A DNA stretch of 64,000 nucleotides from an uncultured Acidobacteriota bacterium (GTDB lineage: Bacteria > Acidobacteriota > UBA6911 > RPQK01 > JAPXNP01). How positions within the stretch are numbered: the stretch's first letter is position 1; every line of letters begins with the position of its first letter. Of the stretch, positions 31,164-41,572 are shown in pieces. The position numbers and the translations under genes were made by a program. A model generated the notes under the pieces. That model was not told the origin of the DNA and made no database searches. It saw only the letters and a list, made by a program, of their open reading frames with translations. The stretch lies in NCBI GenBank assembly GCA_963777605.1, contig CAVZRV010000029.1, positions 384,001-448,000 of the forward strand. The letters run 5' to 3'.

Positions 31164-31997
31164 TCAGTTTGAGTCGGATGCACAGCGAAAGCCGATGCTG
31201 TCCGAGCGCTGGCCAGTGCTGATGCCCAGGTTCCGCTGAAACGCAAAAGCGGCCTGGAGTCCGGATCGATAGGATCCACCGCGAAGCGGGTGGACCGGGC
31301 GCCCCTCGAAGGTCACCAGCGTGCCGGTGATTTCGGAAACATTGCCGGCCAGGTCGTAAACTCCGAAAGGAGAACGGTCTCCTGGCCGGTTCCCAACCGG
31401 TTCCAGCTTGTCGGTCGTGATGTTCGTCGTCTCGGGCCGTGGGAGTTGATTTCCCCATGGAAATATCCGGCTGTCCCCGCCCCGGGCCGTGCGCTCCCAC
31501 TCCTCGTCGGTCGGCAGTCTGCCGCCCCTCCATTTGCAGTATGCTTCAGCATCCTCGGGAGCCACCCAGATCACCGGGAAGTCGGCTGCCCAGTCCGGAT
31601 ACTCACCGTTCGTCCATTCCTTCAGGTACTCGGTGCGGTTCGCTGGTTCGTAGTCGCTGGCGGAGAGAAACTCAGCGAACTGCTTGTTCGTCACCTCGAA
31701 CTCGTCGATCGAGAACGCGGGGATCGACACAGGTCGAGGGGGAATGATCTGCATTTTTCGCAGGCGATCCTTGAGCCCGGGAAAATTCAAACGGGCGGTT
31801 CCGAGGAGTAGCTCATAGTTCTTTTCGGTCGCGCCATAAAGGAAGTCGGCGGCTGGAATCTTGATCATGTTCACAGGGGATGGTTGGGTTGCCTGGGCGC
31901 TCGACGGCGGGATCTCCGAACCGTTTCCACCGGCGTTCTGGCAACCGGCAGTCAACCCGAGAGCAGCGAAACAGAGTAGCCAAAGTCTCATCTTCAA
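31164..31997 (-). CDS. FGE-sulfatase/SUMF1-fold lipoprotein
   Basis: Lipobox LTAGC; EVTN.QF, RLPTDEEWE, FPWG, YDLAGNVSE, RGGS and GFRC motifs. Confidence 0.85.
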   Translation of the reverse strand: MKMRLWLLCFAALGLTAGCQNAGGNGSEIPPSSAQATQPSPVNMIKIPAADFLYGATEKNYELLLGTARLNFPGLKDRLRKMQIIPPRPVSIPAFSIDEFEVTNKQFAEFLSASDYEPANRTEYLKEWTNGEYPDWAADFPVIWVAPEDAEAYCKWRGGRLPTDEEWERTARGGDSRIFPWGNQLPRPETTNITTDKLEPVGNRPGDRSPFGVYDLAGNVSEITGTLVTFEGRPVHPLRGGSYRSGLQAAFAFQRNLGISTGQRSDSIGFRCASDSN

Positions 31998-32049
31998 TTC
32001 TCTTTTCGTCGCCGCGTCCGAGAGGTCTTACGACAACCGGCGCGGACGA

Positions 32050-32838
32050 TTATCGTCCATGGAAGCGGCCGCGCCGGTTGGCGAGGAATGCTTCGGTCCC
32101 CTCCCTGAAGTCCTCACTGAGCAGGCTCCGAACCCGCGCTTCCACTTCCCCGTCAATGCTCGATCCCAGTGGAAAGGTTCGTTGAAGATTGCGTTTCACA
32201 CTCCGAACGACGACCGGCGGCAGCTGCGAGGCCCAGGATGCCAGAAGGAGGGTCCTCCGCACCAGTTCGGTGGCGGGTACCACTTCCTGGATAATCCCGT
32301 GGCGCAGGGTTTCTTCCGCGGACATGAGGCGTCCGGAAAGGAGAAACCGCAGGGTTGGTTCGGCACCCATGACAGGCCCGATCAGGCTGCTGGTTCCCAC
32401 GTCGGGGCTCAGTCCAAGTTGGACGAACGGATAGCCGAACAGTGCGGGCTCGACGGCAATTGTGTAGTCACAGCCGAGGGCGAGATTGAACCCGCCGTCT
32501 ACAGCCAGGCCGTTTATGGAGGCGATCGTGAACTGGGGCAACCGACCCAGCAGTTGAAGCGTTTCGCGGCCGGTTTCAGTCAGCCGCTTCAGAGATCGGA
32601 CATTGTTCGCCTCCAGTTCCGACAGGATGAAGTGGATTCTGACTCCGGCACTGAACGCCGTGCCGGAACCGGTCAGAATGACAACCCGAATGTCTTCCCG
32701 TTCCGAGACCCGGGTAAGCACCTCCTGAAGTTGCGAAAGCATCTCCAGGTCGTATGAGTTCAGGCAATCGGGCCGCCTCAACGTGATCGTGGCGATCCGG
32801 TCTTCGATCCGCTCATTCAAATAGGCAAACACGGCCAT
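32050..32838 (-). CDS. Enoyl-CoA hydratase/isomerase family (PaaG-like)
   Basis: ITLRRPD.LN, TGSG.AFSAG, ING.A..GG, LGLSPDVG and DFREG..AF motifs. Confidence 0.85.
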   Translation of the reverse strand: MAVFAYLNERIEDRIATITLRRPDCLNSYDLEMLSQLQEVLTRVSEREDIRVVILTGSGTAFSAGVRIHFILSELEANNVRSLKRLTETGRETLQLLGRLPQFTIASINGLAVDGGFNLALGCDYTIAVEPALFGYPFVQLGLSPDVGTSSLIGPVMGAEPTLRFLLSGRLMSAEETLRHGIIQEVVPATELVRRTLLLASWASQLPPVVVRSVKRNLQRTFPLGSSIDGEVEARVRSLLSEDFREGTEAFLANRRGRFHGR

Positions 32839-32969
32839 GTGCAATTACCCGTAACCGGCGGTCCGGTGCGTCTGCGTCTCCCACCCGTCGGTTTCGTCAA
32901 CCTTTCGCTTGAACGATTCCGCAACATTTTGCTCCCACAACGTTAATAGAAGGGAGTGGATTCTGGCAA

Positions 32970-34298
32970 ATGAATGCGGAACAGCTAGCCCTGCTTCGTT
33001 CTTATGTTGACCGTTACCAGGAGTTGCGGACTCGGGTCCGGTTCGGCCCTGCGCGGGTTCGGGTCGGCAAAACCTGGAGAAAGGTGGTCGAAGTCCGGAG
33101 GCTGGGCTATGTCTTGGAACTCCTCTGCACGGGGCACGGGCGCGTGCGCCTGCCCGACGACGCCGAACGAGCCGCACGAATCGAGGCCGAGGCCGACCGG
33201 CTTATCGCACTGGCGCGAAGACTTTCCGGGGACACGCGGGCTCGGAAGTCAGGCACCGGTCACTGGTCTTTGATCGGCGGCTCGATTCTTCGCTTCAGAC
33301 TTGGCAGGGGGCGTCAGCGCATTGCTGTCGTGGCCGCGGTTTCCTCGGCTCCCCGAAGCAAGGCGGCCCGCCTCCTCGTCGCATTGATCCTCTGGTGGCG
33401 AAGGACGCCGGAGGGGAACCACTCTCTTGTTCTCATCCCGGCGACTTGGGGAGACTACTTCGTGGAACTTCTCCAGCACCTGAGTATTCCACTGGGGTGC
33501 TACGCCTATTCGAGGTCCGGGAAGGTACGTAGAATCTATCCCCGCGACGACCGTCAGGGGGAGGCCCAGTCTCCCTACGTGATCTACCCGGTTGAGTCCT
33601 GCCCGAGCAGGGTACTGGAGGAGAAAGCGAACGGGGTCCCGGAACTCGATCTGCTCTTTCGTGCCGGCCGATGGGAGCTGTCCTTTCGAGGAATGCCCGT
33701 TCTCTGGTCGAAAGGCACGGAGGAACTTTTCTACGATCTCAGGCACCCCAGACTGTTTCGAGACGAGGAGGCCTGGCAAGTCCACCTCGACGAGGTTCGG
33801 CGGTTTCGCCGCTGGCCGCCACCCGACCCCTGCAGTTTCTTCTACCGCTGGAGCAGCGAACGCTGGCTCGAATGGCTGGTGTTGCGAAATCATCGGAAGC
33901 TCCTGAGCGGTCTGGAGGAAATCTACTGCCAGGTACCGACTTTTGTGGAAGGAGACCGCAAGGTGCTTGACCTGATGGCCCTGAGAGAGGACGGCCGAGT
34001 GGTAGTCATCGAGTTGAAGCCCAGCAAAGACCCGGGCCTCTTGATTCAGGGGCTCGATTACTGGCAACGCGTGCGTTTCCACCTCGCCAGGGGGGACCTC
34101 CAGCAAGGGGGGTATTTTCGAGACAAGCACCTGTCGTCTGAAGATCCCCTCCTCGCTCTCGTCTCTCCCCTTTTCGAATTTCACCGGGTCATGCCCGTGT
34201 TACGGACACACCTCAAGCAGTCCATCCAATTCGAATGCTTAGGAATCAACAGCGACTGGAGGAGAGAGATCAGGGTCCTACGGCGCGTCAGGTTCTGA
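32970..34298 (+). CDS. Hypothetical protein with C-terminal PD-(D/E)XK (NucS-like) nuclease motif
   Basis: SERWLE..LDLMALREDGRVVVIELK..Q.LDYW. Confidence 0.6.
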   Translation: MNAEQLALLRSYVDRYQELRTRVRFGPARVRVGKTWRKVVEVRRLGYVLELLCTGHGRVRLPDDAERAARIEAEADRLIALARRLSGDTRARKSGTGHWSLIGGSILRFRLGRGRQRIAVVAAVSSAPRSKAARLLVALILWWRRTPEGNHSLVLIPATWGDYFVELLQHLSIPLGCYAYSRSGKVRRIYPRDDRQGEAQSPYVIYPVESCPSRVLEEKANGVPELDLLFRAGRWELSFRGMPVLWSKGTEELFYDLRHPRLFRDEEAWQVHLDEVRRFRRWPPPDPCSFFYRWSSERWLEWLVLRNHRKLLSGLEEIYCQVPTFVEGDRKVLDLMALREDGRVVVIELKPSKDPGLLIQGLDYWQRVRFHLARGDLQQGGYFRDKHLSSEDPLLALVSPLFEFHRVMPVLRTHLKQSIQFECLGINSDWRREIRVLRRVRF

Positions 34299-34487
34299 TC
34301 ACGACTTGGATTCCGACTTGGATTCCTCTCCGGACTCCTTGCCGGTTTTCACAGATCGCTTGAAGTTGGCGATACCCTCACCAAGACCTCGGCCGATCTG
34401 CGGCAGCCTGCTCGCACCAAAGAGCACGATCACAATTACCAGAATTATTGCCAGTTCAGGAACACCGAGACCCATCATGAGCACCAT
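34299..34487 (-). CDS. tatA: Twin-arginine translocase subunit TatA/E
   Basis: GLG.PEL..ILVIVIVLFGA.RLP.IGRGLGEGI.NFK. Start may be 34478 or 34475. Confidence 0.92.
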   Translation of the reverse strand: MVLMMGLGVPELAIILVIVIVLFGASRLPQIGRGLGEGIANFKRSVKTGKESGEESKSESKS

Positions 34488-34502
34488 CCATTCTACGAAG
34501 TC

Positions 34503-34532
34503 ATAATACGCCGTTTATTTCACGCGTGTCAA
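34503..34532 (-). promoter_or_regulatory. Sigma70-type promoter for tatA
   Basis: TTGACA-N18-TATTAT on the minus strand. Confidence 0.6.
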
Positions 34533-34554
34533 ACCGCGCAACTCTGCACGAATA

Positions 34555-35787
34555 CTAAGTATCTTGGTCGATCAACGTGACCGCTCGCCCCTTCAGCCCG
34601 AGACGGAAGTGGCGGTTCGGAAGCGTTCCCGACAAGCTCTTTTCATTCCCGCTCTCTTGTGAATCCCACTGGGCCGTCTCCCCATCCAACTGCGAAACCG
34701 CCCACTTGAGGGCGTCGAAGAACTCTGCTGCGTCGGAGTCCGAATCCCATACCGAGTTGAGCGTCAACGTTTCTTTCTGGGTCGGGTCGAGGAAGATTGC
34801 CACGTGGTCTCCGTCCCATCCCGCGGCCGCGGTTTGGGCCGCCTCCTCGCCAATCCGGTTGGCCAGATAGAGGTAGAGGCCGAATTCCCCGAGCACGTTG
34901 TCGTAGGCCAGGACCAGATCGTCCAACTTGTCCGGTTCCAGGACCGGAAGTTCCGTAGGCGGATCGGGGTTCCGCATCGCCTTTTCAGGGTGGAGGATCT
35001 GTTCGGTCGATTCGGGAAATTTCTGATACAGGAGGTCGAGCGATTTCCAGTCCCGTGTCTGGAGGAACTTCTGGACAAAGTTCGCGCCATAGGTATAAGG
35101 AAAGAGCAGCATTTCCTTCAGATAGGTCGGAGCACTGGCGAAAGTGGGATACTCCGCTTCAACCATGGGACGCTGGAGGCGGTTCAGTTCGATGATGTCC
35201 AGATCGTCGATCTTTCGCCCGAACGGCTCGATCGTATAAGCCAGCATCATCAGAAGGCCTTCGCCTTCAATTACCGAAGACTGGGCCAGGATCTTGTCGT
35301 CGTCCTCGTCCTGGGGAGAGAGGTACTTCTCCAGGTCGAACTGCTGGTCCTGGAGAGCGTGAGTCAACTCGTGTGCCATGACCGGCTTCTGCATCTCCGG
35401 TGGAATCCAGTCTGCGATGTAAAAGGTCTTGGTCCGGGGATCGTAAAAACCTGCAATCTGTTCAGTCAAGAGGTCCAGCATGAAACGGCGGAGGTCCATT
35501 TCCTGGGGAATCAGCTTTAGGCGCTTGAGCAGAAGGGCTTCGGCGGCGACTTCCTCGGCTGGATACTCTTCATCGGCACGATCCACAATAAATGATCGGA
35601 TTTCTTCCTTCGATTTGATCCCTTTCTTGATCGGTGCCCGCGGCTCGACCTGGCGAATGCGGCAAATCTCCTCCAGGACCTCATCGGATGAGCGCAGGAG
35701 GCTCCGGTCATGGGTCCCACCCGATTGCGGCAGGCCGACTACTGTAATCGAAATGATCGTCAGCAACCAGGAAAGTGCAGTTTTCAT
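34555..35787 (-). CDS. Secreted zincin-like putative metallopeptidase
   Basis: Signal-like N-terminus; IAGFYDP, HELTHALQDQ.F, IEG, FPY.YG and STEQILHP motifs. Confidence 0.7.
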   Translation of the reverse strand: MKTALSWLLTIISITVVGLPQSGGTHDRSLLRSSDEVLEEICRIRQVEPRAPIKKGIKSKEEIRSFIVDRADEEYPAEEVAAEALLLKRLKLIPQEMDLRRFMLDLLTEQIAGFYDPRTKTFYIADWIPPEMQKPVMAHELTHALQDQQFDLEKYLSPQDEDDDKILAQSSVIEGEGLLMMLAYTIEPFGRKIDDLDIIELNRLQRPMVEAEYPTFASAPTYLKEMLLFPYTYGANFVQKFLQTRDWKSLDLLYQKFPESTEQILHPEKAMRNPDPPTELPVLEPDKLDDLVLAYDNVLGEFGLYLYLANRIGEEAAQTAAAGWDGDHVAIFLDPTQKETLTLNSVWDSDSDAAEFFDALKWAVSQLDGETAQWDSQESGNEKSLSGTLPNRHFRLGLKGRAVTLIDQDT

Positions 35788-35798
35788 GCAATGGGCCT

Positions 35799-37730
35799 CT
35801 AAAGAATAATCCGACGATCTCCGTTTCGACGGGTCACGCGCTGCCGGTCGAGGTGCTCGAGCAGCGGGATGGCAAATTTCCGGCTGACGCCGAGCAGGTC
35901 CTTGAATTCGGGGACCGAGAATGAAGCGCCATTGGGAAACGAGGTTCGAATCTGGCCCGTTATCTGCTCGATCTGCTCCGGAAGGATTACCAGGTCATCC
36001 GATACCCGAATCAGTCGGCCTTCCTGAACCAGGAAGAAGAAAAGATCCCGGACTGATTTGGCATCCCTTTGAAGCTTCGAGGCCAGGCTTTCGACCTCAG
36101 GTGATCGAAAGCAGTTCCGGCGGAAGAGTTCCAGGATCGACTCGCCCAGTTCGACCTGCTCCGGCGTCATTCGGATTCGCGATCCGAAAAGGGCGATCGA
36201 ACTGCCTCTCATTTCGATCAGTTCTCTCTTTTGAAACTCGTCCAGGACGAACTGGAAGACCACCGGAGTGGCGTGAGAAAGAAAACGCTCCCGGAGTTCT
36301 TCTTTGGACATTCCTTCGGCCAGTGGTTTCTTTTCGTGGAACTCTGTGAGCGCCGTGCGGATCCTGTTCGACAGGTCGGTCAGCTTTCTTTGGTCCAGGA
36401 CGACCGGCGGGTCCTGGTTCACGACGGCGGTATCCGGGAGCGCGGACACCCGGTCGAGCACAGCCCGACGACTCAGTCCGGTTGCCGCTACCAGGGTGGG
36501 CACATCGACTCCCTCGATCCTTGCGTTGTCGATCAGGTGGGTCAAGAGACCCGAATCGGCAGCCTCTCCTCCCTGCGACAACTGGTCCGCCAATACCTGG
36601 TATGACTCGAGCAGTCGGGGCAGCTCTCTCCGCTTCCGGCGGGCCGGTCGATTTGAAAGAACGGTTCCTCCCCCGACGGTCAGAAGCGGGGAATAGCGAC
36701 GGAGAATGAAACGATCGCCGGGAAGGCAAACGGTCGGATTCTCGAGGCGGAGCCGGGCAAAGGCCGACTGACCTGGTTCGAGGGCCTGACATCCGAGGAG
36801 GTGCAGCGTTGCGATCACTTCGGCGCTGCCGTGATGAAACCGGACGGGACTCCGCTGTCGGAGGGGCTTGGGCGCCGAACTGAGGAGTTCGATGCGGGCA
36901 TCCAGAACGCGCGTCGCTTCCAGAGTCCGATGGGAGGTCACGGTCATCCCGCGGACCACTTCCTCGGTGCGCAGTCCGGAGAGGTTCAGGGCCGTTCGCT
37001 GGCCTCCTTCCGAATGCTGGGCCGGCTCGCCAAAGATCTCGATGCCCCGAACTTTCGACTCCAGGCCCCCGGGTTGAACGGTGACAAACTGGTCCCGTGC
37101 GATCGAACCGTTCGTCGCGGTTCCGGTCACCACCGTTCCGAATCCCCGAATCGAAAAGACCCGGTCCACCGGCATCAGGAAAAGCCGGTCCCGGACGCGG
37201 CGCTGGATCGACTCGATGTCCAGGGATCCAAGCTGCTTTTCCAGGCAGGCTTTCAGGTCGTCGATTCCGCGCCCGGAAACGCTGTCCACGGCAACGATAG
37301 GAGCATTTTCCAGGAAACTGCCTTTGACCAGGTCGCGAACCTCAACCGTGACCACCTCGGCGAGTTCATCGTCAACCAGATCCCTCTTGGTTAGTACGAC
37401 GATGCCTTTCCGGATCCCAAGCAGGCGGCAGATTTCGAAGTGCTCGGCGGTCTGGGGCATGACCGACTCGTCGGCCGCAATAACCAGGAGCAACAGTTGG
37501 ATCCCTCCGATTCCGGCGAGCATGTTCTTGACAAACCGCTCGTGGCCGGGAACATCGATGAAGCCAACCCGAAAATCTCCCAGCAGGAGGTGGGCGAATC
37601 CGATGTCAATCGTGATGCCCCGCCGCTTCTCCTCGGCGAGGCGATCGGTGTCGATGCCGGTGAGCGCCCGCACCAGTTTGGTCTTGCCATGGTCAATGTG
37701 CCCAGCGGTGCCCACAATCACGTCTTTCAC
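35799..37730 (-). CDS. selB: Selenocysteine-specific elongation factor
   Basis: [28 protein letters not shown] and C-terminal [13 protein letters not shown] motifs. GTG 37730. Confidence 0.95.
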   Translation of the reverse strand: MKDVIVGTAGHIDHGKTKLVRALTGIDTDRLAEEKRRGITIDIGFAHLLLGDFRVGFIDVPGHERFVKNMLAGIGGIQLLLLVIAADESVMPQTAEHFEICRLLGIRKGIVVLTKRDLVDDELAEVVTVEVRDLVKGSFLENAPIVAVDSVSGRGIDDLKACLEKQLGSLDIESIQRRVRDRLFLMPVDRVFSIRGFGTVVTGTATNGSIARDQFVTVQPGGLESKVRGIEIFGEPAQHSEGGQRTALNLSGLRTEEVVRGMTVTSHRTLEATRVLDARIELLSSAPKPLRQRSPVRFHHGSAEVIATLHLLGCQALEPGQSAFARLRLENPTVCLPGDRFILRRYSPLLTVGGGTVLSNRPARRKRRELPRLLESYQVLADQLSQGGEAADSGLLTHLIDNARIEGVDVPTLVAATGLSRRAVLDRVSALPDTAVVNQDPPVVLDQRKLTDLSNRIRTALTEFHEKKPLAEGMSKEELRERFLSHATPVVFQFVLDEFQKRELIEMRGSSIALFGSRIRMTPEQVELGESILELFRRNCFRSPEVESLASKLQRDAKSVRDLFFFLVQEGRLIRVSDDLVILPEQIEQITGQIRTSFPNGASFSVPEFKDLLGVSRKFAIPLLEHLDRQRVTRRNGDRRIIL

Positions 37731-37829
37731 AGTTGCAGCAATTCTAATCCAAAGGAGCTTGCCAGGCGGAAAACCGGACCGCCTTCGGCCTTCGGGTCGA
37801 GCTTCGGTCACTCGGGGGTTTCAGGGACT

Positions 37830-37859
37830 TTGACAGCCGTTTCCCTTGCTGGCTAGAAT
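37830..37859 (+). promoter_or_regulatory. Sigma70-type promoter for the ffh cluster
   Basis: TTGACA-N18-TAGAAT, 35 nt before ATG 37894. Confidence 0.6.
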
Positions 37860-37893
37860 AGGCAACTTTACTCGCATCGCTCGAGGATTCGTT

Positions 37894-39222
37894 ATGCTGG
37901 AAGGTCTTTCATCGAGAATTCAGGACACCCTGCGCAAGCTGCGTGGCGAGGGGCGCTTGTCCGAGGAACATCTCCAGGCTGCGATGAGAGAGATCCGTCT
38001 GGCTCTCCTTGAAGCCGATGTCAACTTCAAGGTTGTCAAGGATTTTGTGGCCTCGGTCCGGGAAAAGGCGCTGGGTCAGGAAGTTCTCAATAGCCTGACG
38101 CCCGGACAGCAGGTGGTCAAGATCGTGCGGGACGAGTTGATCGACTTGCTGGGCAGGGAACCCTCCCGGCTCGAGTTCAAGAAGACTCCTCCAAGCGTGA
38201 TCCTGATGGTGGGGCTGCAGGGGAGTGGGAAGACCACGTCGAGCGGCAAACTTGCGGCGTGGCTTTCTAAACAGGGGCGACGCCCTCTCATGGTCTCGGC
38301 CGACGTTTATCGACCGGCCGCTATTGAGCAATTGGCGATCATCGCGCGCGCTCTCGACCTTCCCGTGTACGAGAGCGACAGCCTCGACGCCGTTGATCGG
38401 GCTCGTCAGGCCCTCAGGCAGTGCCGGAACACCGGATACGACACGTTGCTGATTGACACTGCCGGGCGGCTCCACGTCGATGACCAGTTGATGTCGGAAC
38501 TGGAGTTGATCCGCCAGGAGACTCAGCCCCAGGAAATACTCCTGGTTGCCGATTCGATGACCGGCCAGGATGCCGTCAACTCCGCTGCCGAGTTCAACCG
38601 TCGGATCGAACTCACCGGGGTGGTCCTGACCAAGCTTGACGGAGATGCCAGGGGAGGTGCGGCGCTTTCCATCCGGGCGGTTACGGGGACGCCAATCAAA
38701 TTCATCGGTATCGGGGAGAACTACGATGCCTTGGAAGTCTTCCACCCCGAGCGTCTGGCCGGCCGAATCCTGGGCATGGGCGACATCCTCACCCTGATCG
38801 AGAAGGCCGAGGAGACCGCCGACGAGGAGCAGGCTCGGGCCGTCCTCGACAAGATCCGCCGGAATGAGTTCACTCTTGAAGATTTCAGGGACCAGATGCG
38901 CCAGATTCGGAAGTTGGGTCCCCTCGAGCAGATTCTGGGGATGCTCCCGCAAGTTGGTGCACTTCGCGGGCTGAGCAAGCTGAAGATTGATGAGAAACAG
39001 TTGAACCATCTCGAGGCGATCATCAACTCGATGACTCCGCGGGAGCGCGTCAACTACAAGTTGATTAACGGTCCTCGGCGAAAGCGGATCGCGAGGGGCA
39101 GTGGGCGGCCGGTCGCAGAGGTCAACCGGTTGCTTCGGCAGTACATCGAGGCCCGGAAGATGATGAAGTCGATGGGCAAGGGACTGCTGGGAAAGAAGTT
39201 GCCGAAGTTTAAATGGCGATAG
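37894..39222 (+). CDS. ffh: Signal recognition particle protein
   Basis: ALLEADV, GLQGSGKTT, DTAGR, TKLDGDARGG, RILGMGD and RIARGSG motifs. Confidence 0.97.
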   Translation: MLEGLSSRIQDTLRKLRGEGRLSEEHLQAAMREIRLALLEADVNFKVVKDFVASVREKALGQEVLNSLTPGQQVVKIVRDELIDLLGREPSRLEFKKTPPSVILMVGLQGSGKTTSSGKLAAWLSKQGRRPLMVSADVYRPAAIEQLAIIARALDLPVYESDSLDAVDRARQALRQCRNTGYDTLLIDTAGRLHVDDQLMSELELIRQETQPQEILLVADSMTGQDAVNSAAEFNRRIELTGVVLTKLDGDARGGAALSIRAVTGTPIKFIGIGENYDALEVFHPERLAGRILGMGDILTLIEKAEETADEEQARAVLDKIRRNEFTLEDFRDQMRQIRKLGPLEQILGMLPQVGALRGLSKLKIDEKQLNHLEAIINSMTPRERVNYKLINGPRRKRIARGSGRPVAEVNRLLRQYIEARKMMKSMGKGLLGKKLPKFKWR

Positions 39223-39307
39223 TGGCGCCGGAATTTGATGGTAGTATTTTTCTCCCGAATTCCGGGGGCATTTGATAGAATCATTGATTTATCAGGAGGT
39301 TTGAACG

Positions 39308-39583
39308 TTGCTGAGACTTCGATTGACACGTAAGGGGGCCAAAAAAGACCCTCACTACAGGGTTGTCGTTACTGAAAAAAGTAGTGCGCGGGATGGACGT
39401 TTTGTAGAAATCGTCGGATACTACAACCCAGCTCAAGAACCCGTTCGGTTGAATCTGGATTTGGACCGTGTCGATTATTGGCTTCAGCAGGGAGCTCAGC
39501 CGACGCAGACTGTCCGGACACTGATCAGGCGGGTCAGGGATGAGCGGGAAATCGACACGGTTGCGGAACCGGTAACGCAGTAG
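39308..39583 (+). CDS. rpsP: 30S ribosomal protein S16
   Basis: [33 protein letters not shown] start follows AGGAGG. Confidence 0.96.
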   Translation: MLRLRLTRKGAKKDPHYRVVVTEKSSARDGRFVEIVGYYNPAQEPVRLNLDLDRVDYWLQQGAQPTQTVRTLIRRVRDEREIDTVAEPVTQ

Positions 39584-39638
39584 CCAATTCAGGTGCTGTA
39601 AAACAAGGATTATCGGGGTTCTGCCGCGAGGAGGAAGC

Positions 39639-39869
39639 ATGAGAGAGCTGGTGGAGAACATTGCAAAAGCCCTAGTTGACGATCCCGAGCAGGTCAGCGT
39701 AGCCCAAGTCGAGGGGGAGCAGACAACCGTCCTTGAACTGCGTGTTGCTCAGCCTGATTTAGGAAAAGTGATTGGAAAGCAGGGACGCACGGCACGGGCC
39801 ATTCGCACGATTCTCGGCGCTGCAGGAATGAAACTTCGGAAGCGGTTCGTGCTCGAGATTCTTGAGTAA
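39639..39869 (+). CDS. khpA: KH domain RNA-binding protein
   Basis: [17 protein letters not shown]; canonical position after rpsP. Confidence 0.92.
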   Translation: MRELVENIAKALVDDPEQVSVAQVEGEQTTVLELRVAQPDLGKVIGKQGRTARAIRTILGAAGMKLRKRFVLEILE

Positions 39870-40415
39870 GTGAACGAACGCGTTTCTGTTGCCAGGATCC
39901 TCAAAGCCTGGGGAATCAGGGGGGAGGTCGCTGCAGAAATCCTGACCGATTTTCCCGAGCGGTTTGCTGAGTTGGATCGGGTGTTTGTCTCGGTCCCGGA
40001 AGGGGATTTCGAGGAGTCTCTGGAGCGCTTCTGGTTTCACAAGAACCGGGTCATCCTTAAGTTCAAAGGGCGGGACCGCCCTCACTCGGTGCAGGAGTTG
40101 GTGGGCGGCGATGTGTGGGTGCCCGACTCGGAGCGGGTGGAACCTCCCGAAGGTTTCTACTACGATTCCGACCTGGCGGGATGCCGGGTCGTTCAGCAGG
40201 GGCGGTTGCTCGGCCACGTCGATGGGATAATGAGAGTCGGCGAATCCCCGGCGAATCTCATCGTAGTGGACAGTCAGAACCGCGAATTCATGGTTCCGCT
40301 TGAGGGTGGCTTCGTCACCGGGGTCTTTCTGGACCAGAAGACGATTGAGGTCGATTTGCCCGCGGGTTTGCTTGAACTTGCTGTCGATCGGGGTGGTTCG
40401 AAGGCCAGGGAGTGA
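39870..40415 (+). CDS. rimM: Ribosome maturation factor RimM
   Basis: WGIRGEV, TDFPERF, YY.SDL.GC.V and LP.GLL motifs; synteny. Confidence 0.92.
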   Translation: MNERVSVARILKAWGIRGEVAAEILTDFPERFAELDRVFVSVPEGDFEESLERFWFHKNRVILKFKGRDRPHSVQELVGGDVWVPDSERVEPPEGFYYDSDLAGCRVVQQGRLLGHVDGIMRVGESPANLIVVDSQNREFMVPLEGGFVTGVFLDQKTIEVDLPAGLLELAVDRGGSKARE

Positions 40416-40423
40416 CCCGCCGC

Positions 40424-41116
40424 ATGAAGATCGATTTGTTGACGATCTTTCCGGACTATTTCGAGAGCATCCTGAAGTTCGGGATGATCCGCCAGGGAAT
40501 CCGGAAGGGTTTGACTGAAATCTCCACGGTGGACCTCCGGGAATTCACCGAGGACCGGCACCGCACCGTCGATGATCGACCGTTCGGGGGCGGAGAAGGC
40601 ATGGTCCTGAAGCCGGAACCGGTGTTTCGGGCGGTTGAGCACTGCAACGTGGTGCGGGCAGAGACCTCAAGAGTGATCCTGCTTTCACCGCGAGGACCGA
40701 AGTTTGATCAGGGCAAGGCAAAGGAGTTATCCTTAAAGGCTCATTTGGTGCTGATTTGCGGCCGATACGAAGGGGTTGACCAGCGCGTCGCGGACGCTCT
40801 CGTCGACGAAGAGCTTTCGGTCGGTGATTATATTTTGTCCGGCGGAGAACTGGCGGCGGCGATCGTAGTTGATTCTGTCTGCCGGCTCATCCCGGGCGTT
40901 CTCGGGGACGGCAGGTCCGCCCTGAGTGAGTCGTTCATGGAGGGCGTGCTGGATTATCCCCAGTACACCCGACCAGCGGAGTACCGGGGGTTAAGAGTGC
41001 CGGGGGTGCTGCTGTCCGGCGACCATAGTGCGATCCGGAAGTGGCGAGAGGAACAGGCGCTCGAAATCACTCGAAGTCGACGTCCGGACCTGCTTGAGGC
41101 GTTCAGGGAGAAATGA
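40424..41116 (+). CDS. trmD: tRNA (guanine37-N1)-methyltransferase
   Basis: [34 protein letters not shown] and YPQYTRP motifs. Confidence 0.97.
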   Translation: MKIDLLTIFPDYFESILKFGMIRQGIRKGLTEISTVDLREFTEDRHRTVDDRPFGGGEGMVLKPEPVFRAVEHCNVVRAETSRVILLSPRGPKFDQGKAKELSLKAHLVLICGRYEGVDQRVADALVDEELSVGDYILSGGELAAAIVVDSVCRLIPGVLGDGRSALSESFMEGVLDYPQYTRPAEYRGLRVPGVLLSGDHSAIRKWREEQALEITRSRRPDLLEAFREK

Positions 41117-41117
41117 A

Positions 41118-41462
41118 ATGAATCCGATTGAGTTGGTCGAACAGAAATACATGAAGCCGGAGATCCCCGAGTTTCGACCGGGTGACACGGTCAAGGTAAA
41201 CGTCAAGATCGAAGAAGGTGACAAGTTCAGGATCCAGGCTTTCGAAGGTGTCGTGACCGCAATCCGGCGGCGGGCGGGTCTTTCGTCCACGTTTACCGTC
41301 CGGAAAGTCAGCTTCGGATACGGTGTGGAACGGGTCTTCCTCCTTCACTCACCGGCGATCGAGAGCGTCGAACGGCTGCGACGCGGGCGGGTTCGCCGGG
41401 CCAAGCTGTACTACCTGCGGGAACGAAAAGGAAAGGCGGCTCGGATCCGAGAGATCCGTTAG
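41118..41462 (+). CDS. rplS: 50S ribosomal protein L19
   Basis: [22 protein letters not shown] and [10 protein letters not shown] motifs. Confidence 0.97.
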   Translation: MNPIELVEQKYMKPEIPEFRPGDTVKVNVKIEEGDKFRIQAFEGVVTAIRRRAGLSSTFTVRKVSFGYGVERVFLLHSPAIESVERLRRGRVRRAKLYYLRERKGKAARIREIR

Positions 41463-41572
41463 TCTCCGTCTCTGGGCAAGCTCGGAGGCGTGTCCGAGAG
41501 TGTGATCAGCACACCAGTTTTTGCCGGTTTGGCCTGATACCATTCTGCCTTTTGAGAGAACGGCTGGCCTGA

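Noticed and set aside
37761-37830. Three CTTCGG tetraloop-like motifs between selB and ffh as tRNA-Sec or SRP RNA
   Set aside because: No cloverleaf or SRP domain IV motif. The stems are only 2-3 bp and the segment lies between the two divergent promoters.
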